DNA of 42,645 nt from Octopus bimaculoides (lineage: Eukaryota). Under the pieces are notes generated by a model, which was not told the origin of the DNA, did no database searches, and saw nothing but the letters and a program-made list of their open reading frames with translations. The translations under genes were made by a program, and so were the position numbers. Position 1 is the first letter of the stretch. The number at the start of each line of letters is the position of its first letter. Below, piece after piece: positions 1-11,564 of this stretch. The DNA is taken from the NCBI RefSeq assembly GCF_001194135.2, contig NC_068981.1, forward strand, positions 139,300,191 through 139,342,835, read 5' to 3'.

Positions 1-101
1 ATATATATATACATACACACACACATTCACTCATAGTTTTCGCTGTGTATATTGATAAAATGGAAATGGAAATATATTCATACAAACAAGGAGAATAGAA
101 A

Positions 102-183
102 AGAAGAAGAAGAAGAAGAAGAAGAAGAAGAAGAAGAAGAAGAAGAAGAAGAAGAAGAAGAAGAAGAAGAAGAAGAAGAAGAA
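102..183. repeat. (GAA)n microsatellite
   Basis: About 27 uninterrupted GAA units; explains the poly-Glu ORF 52..318. Confidence 0.95.
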
Positions 184-815
184 GAGAACGAGTATTGTAG
201 AGATGTCGAGAGATTTGATAACATAATAACCTGCAGATTATTTTCTCATCTCTTATTACTGATATATTCATGGAGTTCATTAGAAATTGTGATCGATATA
301 AAATATTTTAAGCATTGAATGACTCTACAAGTATTTCTCTGTCTCTATTCAATTTTTATTTGATTTCTGATTTTCTGGTTGTAGCGTTATCCTCTCTTTG
401 TCTCTCCGTCTCTATCTGTTTCTCTCTTTCTCTCTCACTAAGTATGGACAGGAAATTCTAGATGAAACTTAATATTTTGAAAATAGATTAAATCGATGTA
501 TCAAGTTTAATTTATCGCGTTAGTATGCCATGTTCTTTCTTCATTTATACAAATTTTTACACACTTTACATTGCAAGAAGGTATTTTTTTCTTTTATTCC
601 TGATGTAAATAGTTGTTTTAATAACATTACATATCTTCTCAGAGACGTTTCTTGTGTCTTGTTAAAAACAAAAATGTAGTGAACATCGTAGAGTAAGAGT
701 CGTTGTTGCTTAGCTAGCCTGCTTTCAGCGCAGCATTGATTGTTAAGACCTATGATAAAATGTACTTATTCAGCTGCAAACATCCCATACCTTTATTATT
801 ATTTGTAAGTATATT

Positions 816-1027
816 AAGACCGTGAGCTGACAGAATCGTTAGCACGCCGGGCGAAATGCTTAATGGCATTTCGTCTGTAACTACGTTCTGCGTTCAAATT
901 CCTCCGAGGTCGACTTTGCCTTTCTTCCGTTAGGAGTCGATTAAATAAGTACTAGTTACTCATTGGGGTCGATGTAATCAACTTAACCCCCACCCAAGCT
1001 GCCCTTGTAGCTAAAATTTAAAATCAT
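816..1027 (+). mobile_element. SINE-A (tRNA-like head, ~210 bp)
   Basis: Head AAGACCGTGAGCTGACAGAATCGTTAGCACGCCGGGCG and B-box-like GTTCAAATTCC; the same sequence recurs about 20 times in the window. Confidence 0.9.
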
Positions 1028-1041
1028 TAATTGCAAGTATA

Positions 1042-1342
1042 GCTGTATGGTGAAAAAGGTTGCTTCTCAATAATGTCATTTTGAGCTCAGTTCTAGTATG
1101 CAAGCCTTTGCCCGACCAATGCTTCGTATGCACATTTGGAGGGAAACTATGGAGAATCCCGTCGTATACAAACATATATATATATTTTTTGTCTTGACTA
1201 CGACCATGCTAGGGCATCGCCGTGACGATTTTTAGTTGAATAAATCAACACCAGTACTTACCTATTAAAGTCTGGCACTATCGGTCCCTTGTGCCGAACC
1301 ACTAAGTTGCGGGGCTGTAAGCATACCAACACCTGCTCTGTA
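1042..1342. mobile_element. Degraded SINE-C 5' half (+, ~1042-1190) abutting a SINE-C 3' half (-, ~1195-1342)
   Basis: Both parts are similar to the halves of the better-preserved SINE-C at 1450-1937. Confidence 0.55.
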
Positions 1343-1445
1343 GCGATTGTGACACACGCATACACCCCCACACGCATACCCCCCACACGCATACACTCCC
1401 ACACGCATACACCCCCACATGCATACACCCCCACACGCAAACACA
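1343..1445. repeat. ~16 bp degenerate tandem repeat (ACACGCATACACCCCC-like)
   Basis: About 6 visible units. Confidence 0.8.
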
Positions 1446-1449
1446 CATA

Positions 1450-1937
<488 letters not shown>

Positions 1938-2039
1938 CGGTACGAATCTAGAGTTGAAGACAATCGCACCGGGTGCTAAGCTGTGGGACAGAACCCGGAA
2001 GTATGTGGTTGTGAAGGAAACTTATTAACAACCCAGAAA

Positions 2040-2270
2040 GTCTGTGCCTATATGTGTATCTTTGTCTTTGAGTTTGTGCTTTCTTACTGTTTGATAACTG
2101 GTGTTGGCTTGTTTATTTCTCTGTAACTTAGCGAAACGACAAAAAGAGAACTGTCAGAATAAAGACTAGATTTTAAATGGTTATCGAGGTCACTTTGATA
2201 GACTTAACCGTTCAAGGCTGTGGTCCAAAATAGTCGAAGTTCAATGACTGAAATAAGAGAAAATATAAAA
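2040..2270 (+). mobile_element. SINE-C 3' half
   Basis: GTAACTTAGCG...CAATGACTGAAATAAG matches the 3' half of 1450-1937. Confidence 0.65.
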
Positions 2271-2294
2271 GGAAGACAGTGGTTCTTCTTTATA

Positions 2295-3190
2295 CGTGGT
2301 CTGATCAATAAGTATCCGGACTGTTGCCATAGTAACGAAGCTAAAGCACGCATAGTAAAACCTCCCAGCATAAATTGACCTTGAACTCTGTTGTGCATGC
2401 GCACTATGTTTTAACGTTCCAGCTCACTTTCGCTGTTTACAGTAGTGTTTGTAAGAAAAGTGTATAGCGTATGATCGTCGCAATGACCATGACAGAGAAA
2501 GCTGAGCAGAGAATCTGCATCAAATTTTACTATAAGCCTGGCGATACCTGCTCAGAAGCCAAAACAAAGTTTTCAAAAAGTTTTCATCGTTCTCGACACA
2601 ATCAAGGAGATCTTGTGCAACTGAAACCTCAGTGTCTTTTTGGTTTGCAGAATGCAGTTTTGGCACAAACTTGGCAGACACGCCTCTCATACACGTATCT
2701 TCCGTGATAATGGACTGAACTGAACACTAACTAATCTGCACATCCCCTGATAGCTCATAGATGGTGATTCGACGATTTCCCCTCAGAGGTGCACACATAT
2801 CTGCGATGATTTTCTCAGTTATGCTGGTTGTGGGTCTCTCAGAACGACTGTTAATATCGACATTTTTTCGGCCGTCTTGGAGACGTCTGAACCACTCGTA
2901 CACTTGTGTGCGGATCATACACCCCTCTCCACCATACACTTTCTGCAACAGTGCGTAGGCCACTGAGCAGGTATCGCCATGACAACTGTCTGTCATGGTT
3001 AATGCGACGATCACACACTACACAAGTTCCTTCCAAGCACTGTTGCAAACAGCGACGGTGAGCTAGAACGTTAAAACTTTGTGTGCATCCACAGCAGTGT
3101 TCAAGGCCAATCTTCACTGAGCGAATTTACACTGCAAACTTTAGATTCGTTACTATGGCAACAGTCCGGATACTTATTGATCAGACCTTG
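2295..3190. mobile_element. Non-autonomous mariner foldback made of two inverted left ends
   Basis: TA on both sides (2293-2294, 3191-3192). A 42 bp perfect inverted repeat at 2298-2339 / 3146-3187 continues imperfectly for ~280 bp. Both arms encode the mariner transposase N-terminus (EQRICIKF; QVYEWFRR...RSERP; SAKFVPKL...ENDENFLKT). Confidence 0.92.
2572..3014 (-). pseudogene. Mariner transposase N-terminal fragment (HTH region and FVPKL linker), broken before the first catalytic Asp
   Basis: Translation across a frame break gives LLQKVYGGEGCMIRTQVYEWFRRLQDGRKNV...RRITIYELSGDVQIS then VQSIITEDTCMRGVSAKFVPKL, typical of mariner transposases. Confidence 0.88.
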
Positions 3191-3619
3191 TATTGAAGTT
3201 AACTCCATCAAATGCGTTTCGTTCCTTTTGTGAGAGGGGTTGAGTCTGTATTGAGAATGACGTAGCGGTTATTTCTTGCAGGACAAAAAGCTACAGAAAA
3301 GCTCCTTTCTGAATACGTGAAGCAAAATAGATTTGTGTTTAAATTTAAGCTGTTTTTGATATTAAAATCTCGATTTCGATTCTTGACCAAATCCCTTCGC
3401 ATGCGATACTAACATAAAAAACGTGAGGTTTCTTGAAAACAGAAAACTGAAGAAAAAAAAAAGAAACACAAAAAGCAAAACAACAAAATCAAATAGAAAA
3501 TAAAAACAAAACAAAGAAACAAAAGTAAAACAAAAGAACCAGAAAGAAAAGAAAGCAAACAGCATCTTAGCAGAATGAGCGAACGTTACCAGAATTTCTT
3601 TTAAAATATGTCAGCTACA

Positions 3620-3845
3620 CTGTCCCCAGTATTTGACTGATACTTCCTTATATCGACATCGGAGTGATGAAAGGTAAAATCGACAGCGGCGGAATTTGAA
3701 CTTAAAATGCAAACATCCGAAGCGAATTCTACAAAGCATTTTTTGAGATGTTCTGACGATTCTGCCAGCTCGCTGCATTAACAATAATAATTTTGACACA
3801 AGGTCAGCAATTTCAGTGGAGAGGGGTAGTCGATTATATCAACCT
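3620..3845 (-). mobile_element. Degraded SINE-A (3620-3780) plus a SINE-A tail fragment (3790-3845)
   Basis: Reverse complement matches the SINE-A body and tail. Confidence 0.75.
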
Positions 3846-5870
3846 CGCATCAACTGCGCACAGAAATCTTTGTCTAGTTAATGGCTGCCACAAATATATA
3901 TCTAGCGACCTGAAGTCGTTGAGCAAGTGACCTTCCTCCTAAACCGAAGCCAGGCCTACTCTAAGTGTAGCCATTTAGGTGAGAGAAAAGAAAGTGAGTT
4001 ATTTACCTTGGTTCTCAAGGATGCCTGTTGTTCTCTCTTCCTTTATGACTGAGAAGGAAGTGGCGAAAGGCTTGCCTTGACCACTTTTATTACAGTATTT
4101 ACTAAACGCTTCAATGCTTTGATGAATAAAACTTTGAGCAGAAAATGTATGAATCAGTTTATATGAGCAGTCTGCCCGAAGGTATTTTCAGGAGATCGGC
4201 AAAGCCCTCTCCATTTGTCAGAATGTATTTGTCGCTGATTATCTGCTCAGTTAAATGAACATTGCTCTTTTGAACATCAGGGGAATTAATAAAGTTGGCT
4301 TGTGTCTGAGTGTCTGATAAAGTTGGTTTGTGTCTGAGTGTCTGATAAAGTTGGTTTGTGTCTGAGTATCTGATAAAGTTGGTTTGTGTCTGAGTGTCTA
4401 ATAAAGTTGGTTTGTGTCTGAGTGTCTGATAAAGTTGGTTTGTGTCTGTTGGTCATGTTGCTGATCGAGTGCTTTTGTTTTCCGGATTACTTGTGACTTT
4501 GTGGTCGTAAATCTGGTTGTAAGATTTGTCTTTATTGTTGTGATAATGGTGATGCTGATGTTGGTGTTGATGTTGTTGTTCGTGAGTAATTTTGCGTCGT
4601 GGTTTCTATCTCTCCTTTGTTTCTCATTGCCTGCAATTTGAGGCGACCTTTATTTGTTTGGATTTGATATTTCTTCGCAACAAAGGCCTTAGTCTGGAAA
4701 GGTTTGCATTTGTTTCTGTTTTATTACTCGCGTAAGAGAGGGGAGGGAATCTTTTGATTTTGGTGGAGTTGGTAGTAACGGTGGAGGGCTCGAGCTTTCT
4801 CCAGCGCGGAGCAGAAAGTTTTGACTTGATCAAAATTTCTGCACACAAAATGTCTGGGTTTTCTGCTTATTGTTACCATCAGCATCTCTTCATATTCCTG
4901 GAAACAGGAAAAAAACAAGAAAAAAACCCAGGAATGCTAGCGACTTCCACAGGAGTGACCAATATCTGGAATACAGTCACAATCCCAGTTCTGTTGAGTG
5001 AGGAGTGTATGGTAGATTTCATTTCCACAGTATCCCTTTGTTCTGCAGGGATGGCCATGAATTTTGTAAAGTATGTGTGAGCAAGATCTTTTTTTTTTGA
5101 CTCGGATTCAAATTAATCTTCTATCCATATACAAAGGAACCATAATAAAACTCTGGGGCGAAGGTTATTGTAATTATTCATCGAGCTTCCTGCTCACTGT
5201 TACAGATAGTAGCTATCGTCCCGTACTGTCTTCCATTATATATGTGTAGTACTGAAGTGCATGCATCTTCCAGACATTTCTTCATTTGTGGCTGCGAAGG
5301 CTATTTAAATTTTCCCGTCGTTTCAACAAACGCATTTGTATACGATTGCTTGTTTTTCGGAGCGTGCTTTTCCTTCCTCACTGTGAGACATTACTTATTG
5401 TTAAATAATTCTTTGCTGACATTGTAAAGCTTTACCTTTCAAATCTTACGCTGAATATGTAATCAATTGGTTAGTTGCCTTAGAGAAAAACAGTTTGTTT
5501 TATGAATTTGTCTTTGTTATTGTTGCTGCTGTTGTTACTTATTTGGGGAAAAATCTTGTTGTTCTTCCAGTTGTAGTTATTGAGGTTGTCTATGATATCG
5601 TCCATGATGGTGTGGGACTTGTTTACCTTCTCATTCTTGTTGTTCTTATTTTTGTTCTTCTCATTCTTGCCATTGTTGATGTTCTTGCTGCTGTTGCTGG
5701 CATTGTTGACCAAGTTGTTTTTGCCGTTGGATTAAGTATAAACCCACACCAAGTAAAAACAAATCTCACTTTATTCTGCTTACATATCTTGGGGTAGAAT
5801 ATATTTGTCCAAGGTTCGGTGCAGTGAGATTTAGCCAGGACCGCGTTATTATGAAGCATCACAACTGTAC
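3846..5870 (-). mobile_element. Degraded L1/Tx1-like LINE 5' part (ORF1 plus start of ORF2)
   Basis: Minus-strand translations GRQYGTI, IMVPLYMDRRLI*IRV and MVTISRKPRHFVC align with the ORF1 at 10.1-10.6 kb. MATLRVG...HLLNDFRSLDI from 3974 resembles an APE endonuclease N-terminus. Many stops and frameshifts. Confidence 0.6.
4289..4448. repeat. 28 bp minisatellite (ATAAAGTTGGTTTGTGTCTGAGTGTCTG), ~5.7 copies
   Basis: Near-perfect head-to-tail units with no spacers. Confidence 0.95.
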
Positions 5871-6242
5871 GTGTTAAAAATTATTAATGGGTGACATTTT
5901 AGAAAGCCTGCCACCTCAATTCATTTAGCTGTCATTCATTTGAATCGAGGCACGTCTCCCTAAAAACGCTATAATTTTGCCATATGACCCTGAATTTCCT
6001 TCAGTGTGCACCCATAAAATAGTGCAAGTAAGTTGCAATTCAAATAATGCATAAATATATTTGTATCTGTGAATATAGATATAAGTGTATGTCTGTGTCG
6101 GGTGTTTGGATAGACCGCAACGTCATCACTTTCGTCGTGTGTGTGTGTGTACACACACACATGTATATACGTATTCATTTTGTACTTTTTCTTTGGTGAA
6201 TGATTACATACACATATGCACACACTTGTGTATATATAAGGT

Positions 6243-6294
<52 letters not shown>

Positions 6295-7229
6295 NNNNNN
6301 NNNNNNNNNNNNNNNNNNNNNNNNNNNNNNNNNNNNNNNNNNNNNNNNNNNNNNNNNNNNNNNNNNNNNNNNNNNNNNNNNNNNNNNNNNNNNNNNNNNN
6401 NNNNNNNNNNNNNNNNNNNNNNNNNNNNNNNNNNNNNNNNNNNNNNNNNNNNNNNNNNNNNNNNNNNNNNNNNNNNNNNNNNNNNNNNNNNNNNNNNNNN
6501 NNNNNNNNNNNNNNNNNNNNNNNNNNNNNNNNNNNNNNNNNNNNNNNNNNNNNNNNNNNNNNNNNNNNNNNNNNNNNNNNNNNNNNNNNNNNNNNNNNNN
6601 NNNNNNNNNNNNNNNNNNNNNNNNNNNNNNNNNNNNNNNNNNNNNNNNNNNNNNNNNNNNNNNNNNNNNNNNNNNNNNNNNNNNNNNNNNNNNNNNNNNN
6701 NNNNNNNNNNNNNNNNNNNNNNNNNNNNNNNNNNNNNNNNNNNNNNNNNNNNNNNNNNNNNNNNNNNNNNNNNNNNNNNNNNNNNNNNNNNNNNNNNNNN
6801 NNNNNNNNNNNNNNNNNNNNNNNNNNNNNNNNNNNNNNNNNNNNNNNNNNNNNNNNNNNNNNNNNNNNNNNNNNNNNNNNNNNNNNNTATATATATATGA
6901 AATGTGCGTGTGTATGTGCAACGTATACTGTATTAAGTAAGACTAACGAAAAGAAAGAACTTGAAGCTTTTGTAGAGTAACAATTTCACTGTAGGTATTG
7001 GAGAGTTCAATACCTTAGTATGAATAACAGTACTATAACAGGCGAGAATTCTCGGATTTTGGACATACTCAGAATCTCTTTATTGTCAATCCAACAATCC
7101 CACACCACCTGGCACACACCGTTTAAATCTTTCCATATACTTAACTTACTCAGGACAAACAATATATAATCTCACTCATGAACATCGTCATTGTCTAATT
7201 TCCATAATATTCTTCCTTAAGACTAATAA

Positions 7230-7400
7230 TTATACAAATAAAGAAGAAAGCTTTAGCACAAATTTGCTCTCTCTTTCACAAACTAGCTTTGATGCATGTT
7301 CAATTTCTTTACCACCACACTAATTCACAGAGTATCCCCAATGGTTTATAAATTGAACTTATCATTGTTCACTTTTATTTTCTAGTTACAAACCGACGCT
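7230..7400 (+). mobile_element. Penelope-like element, N-terminal ORF remnant
   Basis: HKLALMHVQFLYHHTNSQSIPNGL*IEL resembles the HxxFLxxCxxxxxIPKGL motif at the start of Penelope-type ORFs; boundaries uncertain. Confidence 0.4.
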
Positions 7401-8519
7401 CAGCTTTCATACCTCATCGACCAGCTTAGTCACATACGCAAATCCTTCACACTAAATCACCGACTTCAAATAAAACAGAAAACAAAACCCACGAAGAACT
7501 CTAACAATATTCCTAACACTTTTAAGCCAAACGAATAAAGCTATAATTAAATATAACATCTCACAGACAGAAGATTCTCGTCTTGTATGAAATTGTCAGA
7601 TACTGTGAGACACTGACGCATATACTAGTGATATGCACATTAGTATATGCTTCATATCAGCATTTAATAGGCTTCCTTAAAATATGATTATTGACAAAAG
7701 AGTACATTGTTGTAAAAATTATTTTTACCTCTTACAAAAATCCCTATCAATAAACCAAATGATTTAACACCAGGTACGATTCCATGCATGCAAATAAAAG
7801 AAATATAGCTGTAATAACGAGTAGCGGCAGTAATGTGAAACAAGAAACCGTTTAATATAACCGGATATCAATGAAATTTCGACACGAAGTTAAGATCACG
7901 ACTGCCAACGATGTCGAAGAATCTTAGAAAATGCAGTCCAACGTCGTTTGGGAATATATAAGCAAAATACTTGTATTTGGACTATAAATCTCAAACGCAT
8001 ACACCTTAAACACGACATACAAGGTAAAATAACACATATAAAAAGAATTACTGCTAAATTGATTTAGTAAATTAGATACTAAAAACTAAAACATAAAAAT
8101 GCTACACCTAAACACATCAATCGTAAACACTAACATATATGACAAAAACCAAAATCTAGGAATAAAAAATAATTATTGATAAATTTATGTAAATAATTAA
8201 ATGCAAATTTCCGTTGATGTTAAACAGCTTTAGAAATGCGGTTTAACGCTAGGTGAAGTATACAAACTAAAATGCTTTTATCCAGTCGATAAAACACAGA
8301 TGTAAAATTCGTAAACACGAACATATTAGGTGAATATTGCAACAAAAATAATTATTGACAAATTAACTTATGTAATCTTATATCATAAAAAATAAAACAC
8401 TCTAGACATACCATGATTCAATTAAAAAAACAAGGCACCAATGCATTAAAATATATAAAACAATTATATATATATATACATATATATATAAAAGGCTGAA
8501 GAGGGACACACAAGTAGAT

Positions 8520-9150
8520 ATATATATATATGGAAAAAAAAGTCAAGGTAGAAAATGCTAAAATACTTTTATAAAAAACATTTCAGTACCGGTTTCGATC
8601 CTTGAGATCTTTTCAACTGTAAATATGGATAACAAATTTTGGAAAAATTAAATTTTGGCAAATTTAAATGAAAAGTCTTTTCAAAAACATATTTGTATAG
8701 TATTCAAATACTGGGGGCATTTTCCTTGTTTCTGTCTGTCTCTGTTTCTCTTGTTAACTTGTGGGTTCGAGGTCGTTGTGAATTCTTGGCTAAGAAGAAG
8801 AAGAAGCGGGAGTGCTATGATAGTAGCAGAGTGTTAATTGGTTAAGTGTCCTAAAAATGACCTGTTGTTGACGGGAATAGTGATTTGAATTCTTGAGAAA
8901 TCCCTTTTGAATGTATTGTATATAATGTTTGCGAAGGTGTTATTCTAAACAGTAGTAGTAGTAATAAAGTAAAGGAGGAGGTGGTGGAAAGGAAGAAGAA
9001 GACGAAGAAGACGACGGAGGAGAAGAAGAGGGATGTGGAGAAGAAGAGAAAGAGTGATAATAGAATGCGGGATTGTGTGATAGTAACTAGTCGAGTGAGC
9101 AGTGATTGGGGTTGTTTTTTTTATATTTATTTATTTTTTATAATTCCTTG
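8520..9150 (-). mobile_element. Penelope-like terminal (pLTR-like) fragment
   Basis: Carries a hammerhead-like motif near its 3' end and has low-complexity GAA/GTA runs; boundaries approximate. Confidence 0.45.
8581..8622 (-). ncRNA. Minimal type I hammerhead ribozyme motif, U3/A8 variant, palindromic stem III
   Basis: Minus strand TTACAG-TTGAAAA-GATC(TCAAG)GATC-GAAA-CCGG-TA-CTGAAA: stem I CAG/CTG, perfect 4 bp stem II, GAAA, ACCGGT palindrome, GUA cleavage triplet. Confidence 0.7.
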
Positions 9151-9189
9151 AGTATCACTTTGGAGTTTATCATTTTTAATAAAACATAT

Positions 9190-9420
9190 TGTGTTAAAGT
9201 CTCGTAACAATAGTAGCGAATGCAATGTGGCCAGGAACTTGCCCAGGTCACGAAAATATTCACTTTGCGGGCCCATAATGTTGGGTGCGTAAATAGTAAC
9301 TAGCCTGATTATCTTGCCACAACTGAATGTCAGGTCGAGAACGACCAGCCTGCCTTCTGGATTAGAAAAAAAAAACAACTTTTACTCGGCTACCCGGTTT
9401 CTTTTTAGTAGGACCAACAC
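9190..9420 (-). pseudogene. APE-type endonuclease fragment of LINE ORF2
   Basis: EGRLVVLD, IYAPN and (G>R)DFN motifs in the expected order. Confidence 0.85.
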
Positions 9421-9989
9421 CCCACCCCCACCTCCCGCCCCNNNNNNNNNNNNNNNNNNNNNNNNNNNNNNNNNNNNNNNNNNNNNNNNNNNNNNNNNNN
9501 NNNNNNNNNNNNNNNNNNNNNNNNNNNNNNNNNNNNNNNNNNNNNNNNNNNNNNNNNNNNNNNNNNNNNNNNNNNNNNNNNNNNNNNNNNNNNNNNNNNN
9601 NNNNNNNNNNNNNNNNNNNNNNNNNNNNNNNNNNNNNNNNNNNNNNNNNNNNNNNNNNNNNNNNNNNNNNNNNNNNNNNNNTTATCGACAAAGAATTATC
9701 AGGTGGAGGTGGGGTCTCCGCCTTTTCCTTTTCTCGCGGGACCGGGGCTGGCAATCCATGAAATATAAACTTATTAAAGTCCAATCTCATTGATGATACT
9801 GTCTTACGGTATTTGTTTTGTAAAATTCTATGAGTCTTATTTGAGACTTCATACACGTCATAATTGTTATATTTCTCCGAAAGGTTATCTATTTTTTTTC
9901 AGTCTTAATCAATTGAATATCTCTCATTAGCTCAGTATCTTTTGTGTCTACGGCTATTAAACTTTTTTCCTCTTTTTCTCTTCTGGCAG

Positions 9990-11106
9990 TCTTTTTTGGT
10001 CGTTGTTCTGTACTAGTCGCTGCTCTCAGTTGAGTTGCTGATTGTATTTTTCTTTTGTTTGTTTTTCATCTTTTTCTTCTTTTTGTTCTTTCTCCTCTTC
10101 CTCGTCTTCCTCATTTTCCTTGCAGTTCCTTCGAATGTGGCCTAATTGGCCGCACAAATAACATCGGGGTTTTCGGCCCTCAACAAACACCACGAGGATC
10201 TCTCCCCTATCTCAATTGTCTTGGGAATTGCTTCAATTATTTTAGGGTTAGCCTGGATGAGGAGACTAACTGTTTGACCAGTACAGTTAGCGTTTTCGGT
10301 AGCGGCAGCCTGGAGGAGAGTAATTTTCTCTTCCTGCTTGATTAGGACTGCCGCCACCAACCACATAGGATCCACTTCCGGTGGGACCCTTGTGATTTTA
10401 ATTCTGGACGTTTTTATCCCCATATAAGTGGGGATGAGCGCCACGTCGTCCGTTTTCAGCGTTTCTACAGAATGTTTTTGAGCAATTTCTTTGTTGGTAA
10501 ATCTTACTTCCACCGTACCAAACTTCCTGCCTCTTGTCAGATAAACTACGCCGCTCCAAATTGGCTTCAGGCACTTCTCTATCTTCCCTTCTGTAATTCT
10601 ATCAATTTTTCTTTTTTGCANNNNNNNNNNNNNNNNNNNNNNNNNNNNNNNNNNNNNNNNNNNNNNNNNNNNNNNNNNNNNNNNNNNNNNNNNNNNNNNN
10701 NNNNNNNNNNNNACGTTATCGTTTATTTGCATCATTTCACTGTATTTCATGAAGTCACACTTATTCGTCGAAAGCAGCCGGGTTCCACCCCCAGCTGCCA
10801 ACGCAAAACTTTTTTTTCTTTTTTTGATTGTTCGGTTTGGATGCTAGGTGCATTAATTGTTCTTTTGGACACAATACTTTTGTTTTTTTGGCAAACTCGG
10901 GAATCAAAAATTCCATTTTCGGGGAAATCCACTATTTCTTTGCTCGTAGTTGGCTCCTCGCCAGACAACATGCAATTCTTCGTTTCAACAGGAGAAACAG
11001 ACATTTCTGTTCCAACGGTAGGCTCCTCACTAGACGATATTCTCCCCCCCCCCACCAACGGGGGAATGAGCAACGCATGCTTTCTACCAGCACTTAGTGT
11101 TTTCAA
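9990..11106 (-). pseudogene. LINE ORF1 (nucleic-acid binding region plus CX2CX4HX4C knuckle), frameshifted
   Basis: GRKFGTVEVRF...PTYMG...PPEVDPMWLVAAVL, then VEGRKPRCYLCGQLGHIRRNC in the next frame. Confidence 0.8.
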
Positions 11107-11234
11107 ATGAAAACGCCAACAGTTACGAAATTTAACAATTTAACAAGAAATAGCAGTTATTAGAAACAGCAGTTATTAGCAATATTAACACTAAAGAAAC
11201 AGCAATTTTCACCACGAACACAAGAAACAAAAGA

Positions 11235-11298
11235 GATAGACGAAATGCCGCTAAGCACTTCGCCCGGCGTGCTAACGTTTCTGCCAGCTCACCGCCTT
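11235..11298 (-). mobile_element. SINE-A head only, joined to the LINE 5' end
   Basis: AAGGCGGTGAGCTGGCAGAAACGTTAGCACGCCGGGCGAAGTGCTTAGCGGCATTTCGTCT, then non-SINE sequence; the B-box half is absent. Confidence 0.85.
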
Positions 11299-11344
11299 TA
11301 ATAAATAGATCTGTATGCATTCACATCTACATACACAGACACGG

Positions 11345-11564
11345 GAATTCTTTTCTACTCTAGGCACAAGGCCCGAAATGTCTGGGGAGGAGGCCAGTTG
11401 ATCTAATCGACTCCAGTACGCAACTGGTACTTAATTTATCGATCCCGAAAGGATAGAAGGCAAAGTCGACCTCGGCGGAATTTGAACTCAGAACGTAAAG
11501 ACAGACGAAATACTGTTAAGCATTTCGCCCGGCGTGCTAACGTTTCTGCCAAGCTCGCCGCCTT
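11345..11564 (-). mobile_element. SINE-A, full length
   Basis: Complete head, body and tail on the minus strand. Confidence 0.92.

Larger units (their letters stand above)
9190..11234 (-). mobile_element. L1/Tx1-like LINE 5' half (ORF1 plus APE endonuclease fragment), 3'-truncated, two N gaps
   Basis: ORF1 with zinc knuckle CYLCGQLGHIRRNC (10122-10163, after a frameshift). ORF2 fragment NPEGRLVVLDLTF...RLVTIYAPN...LLLLRDFN at 9190-9420. Confidence 0.85.

Noticed and set aside
4289-4448. 28 bp direct repeats as a CRISPR array
   Set aside because: Head-to-tail units with no spacers, in a eukaryotic context with no cas genes.
5495-5797. Hydrophobic 100 aa ORF resembling a membrane protein
   Set aside because: Antisense reading of an Asn/Lys-rich low-complexity stretch at the 5' part of the decayed LINE.
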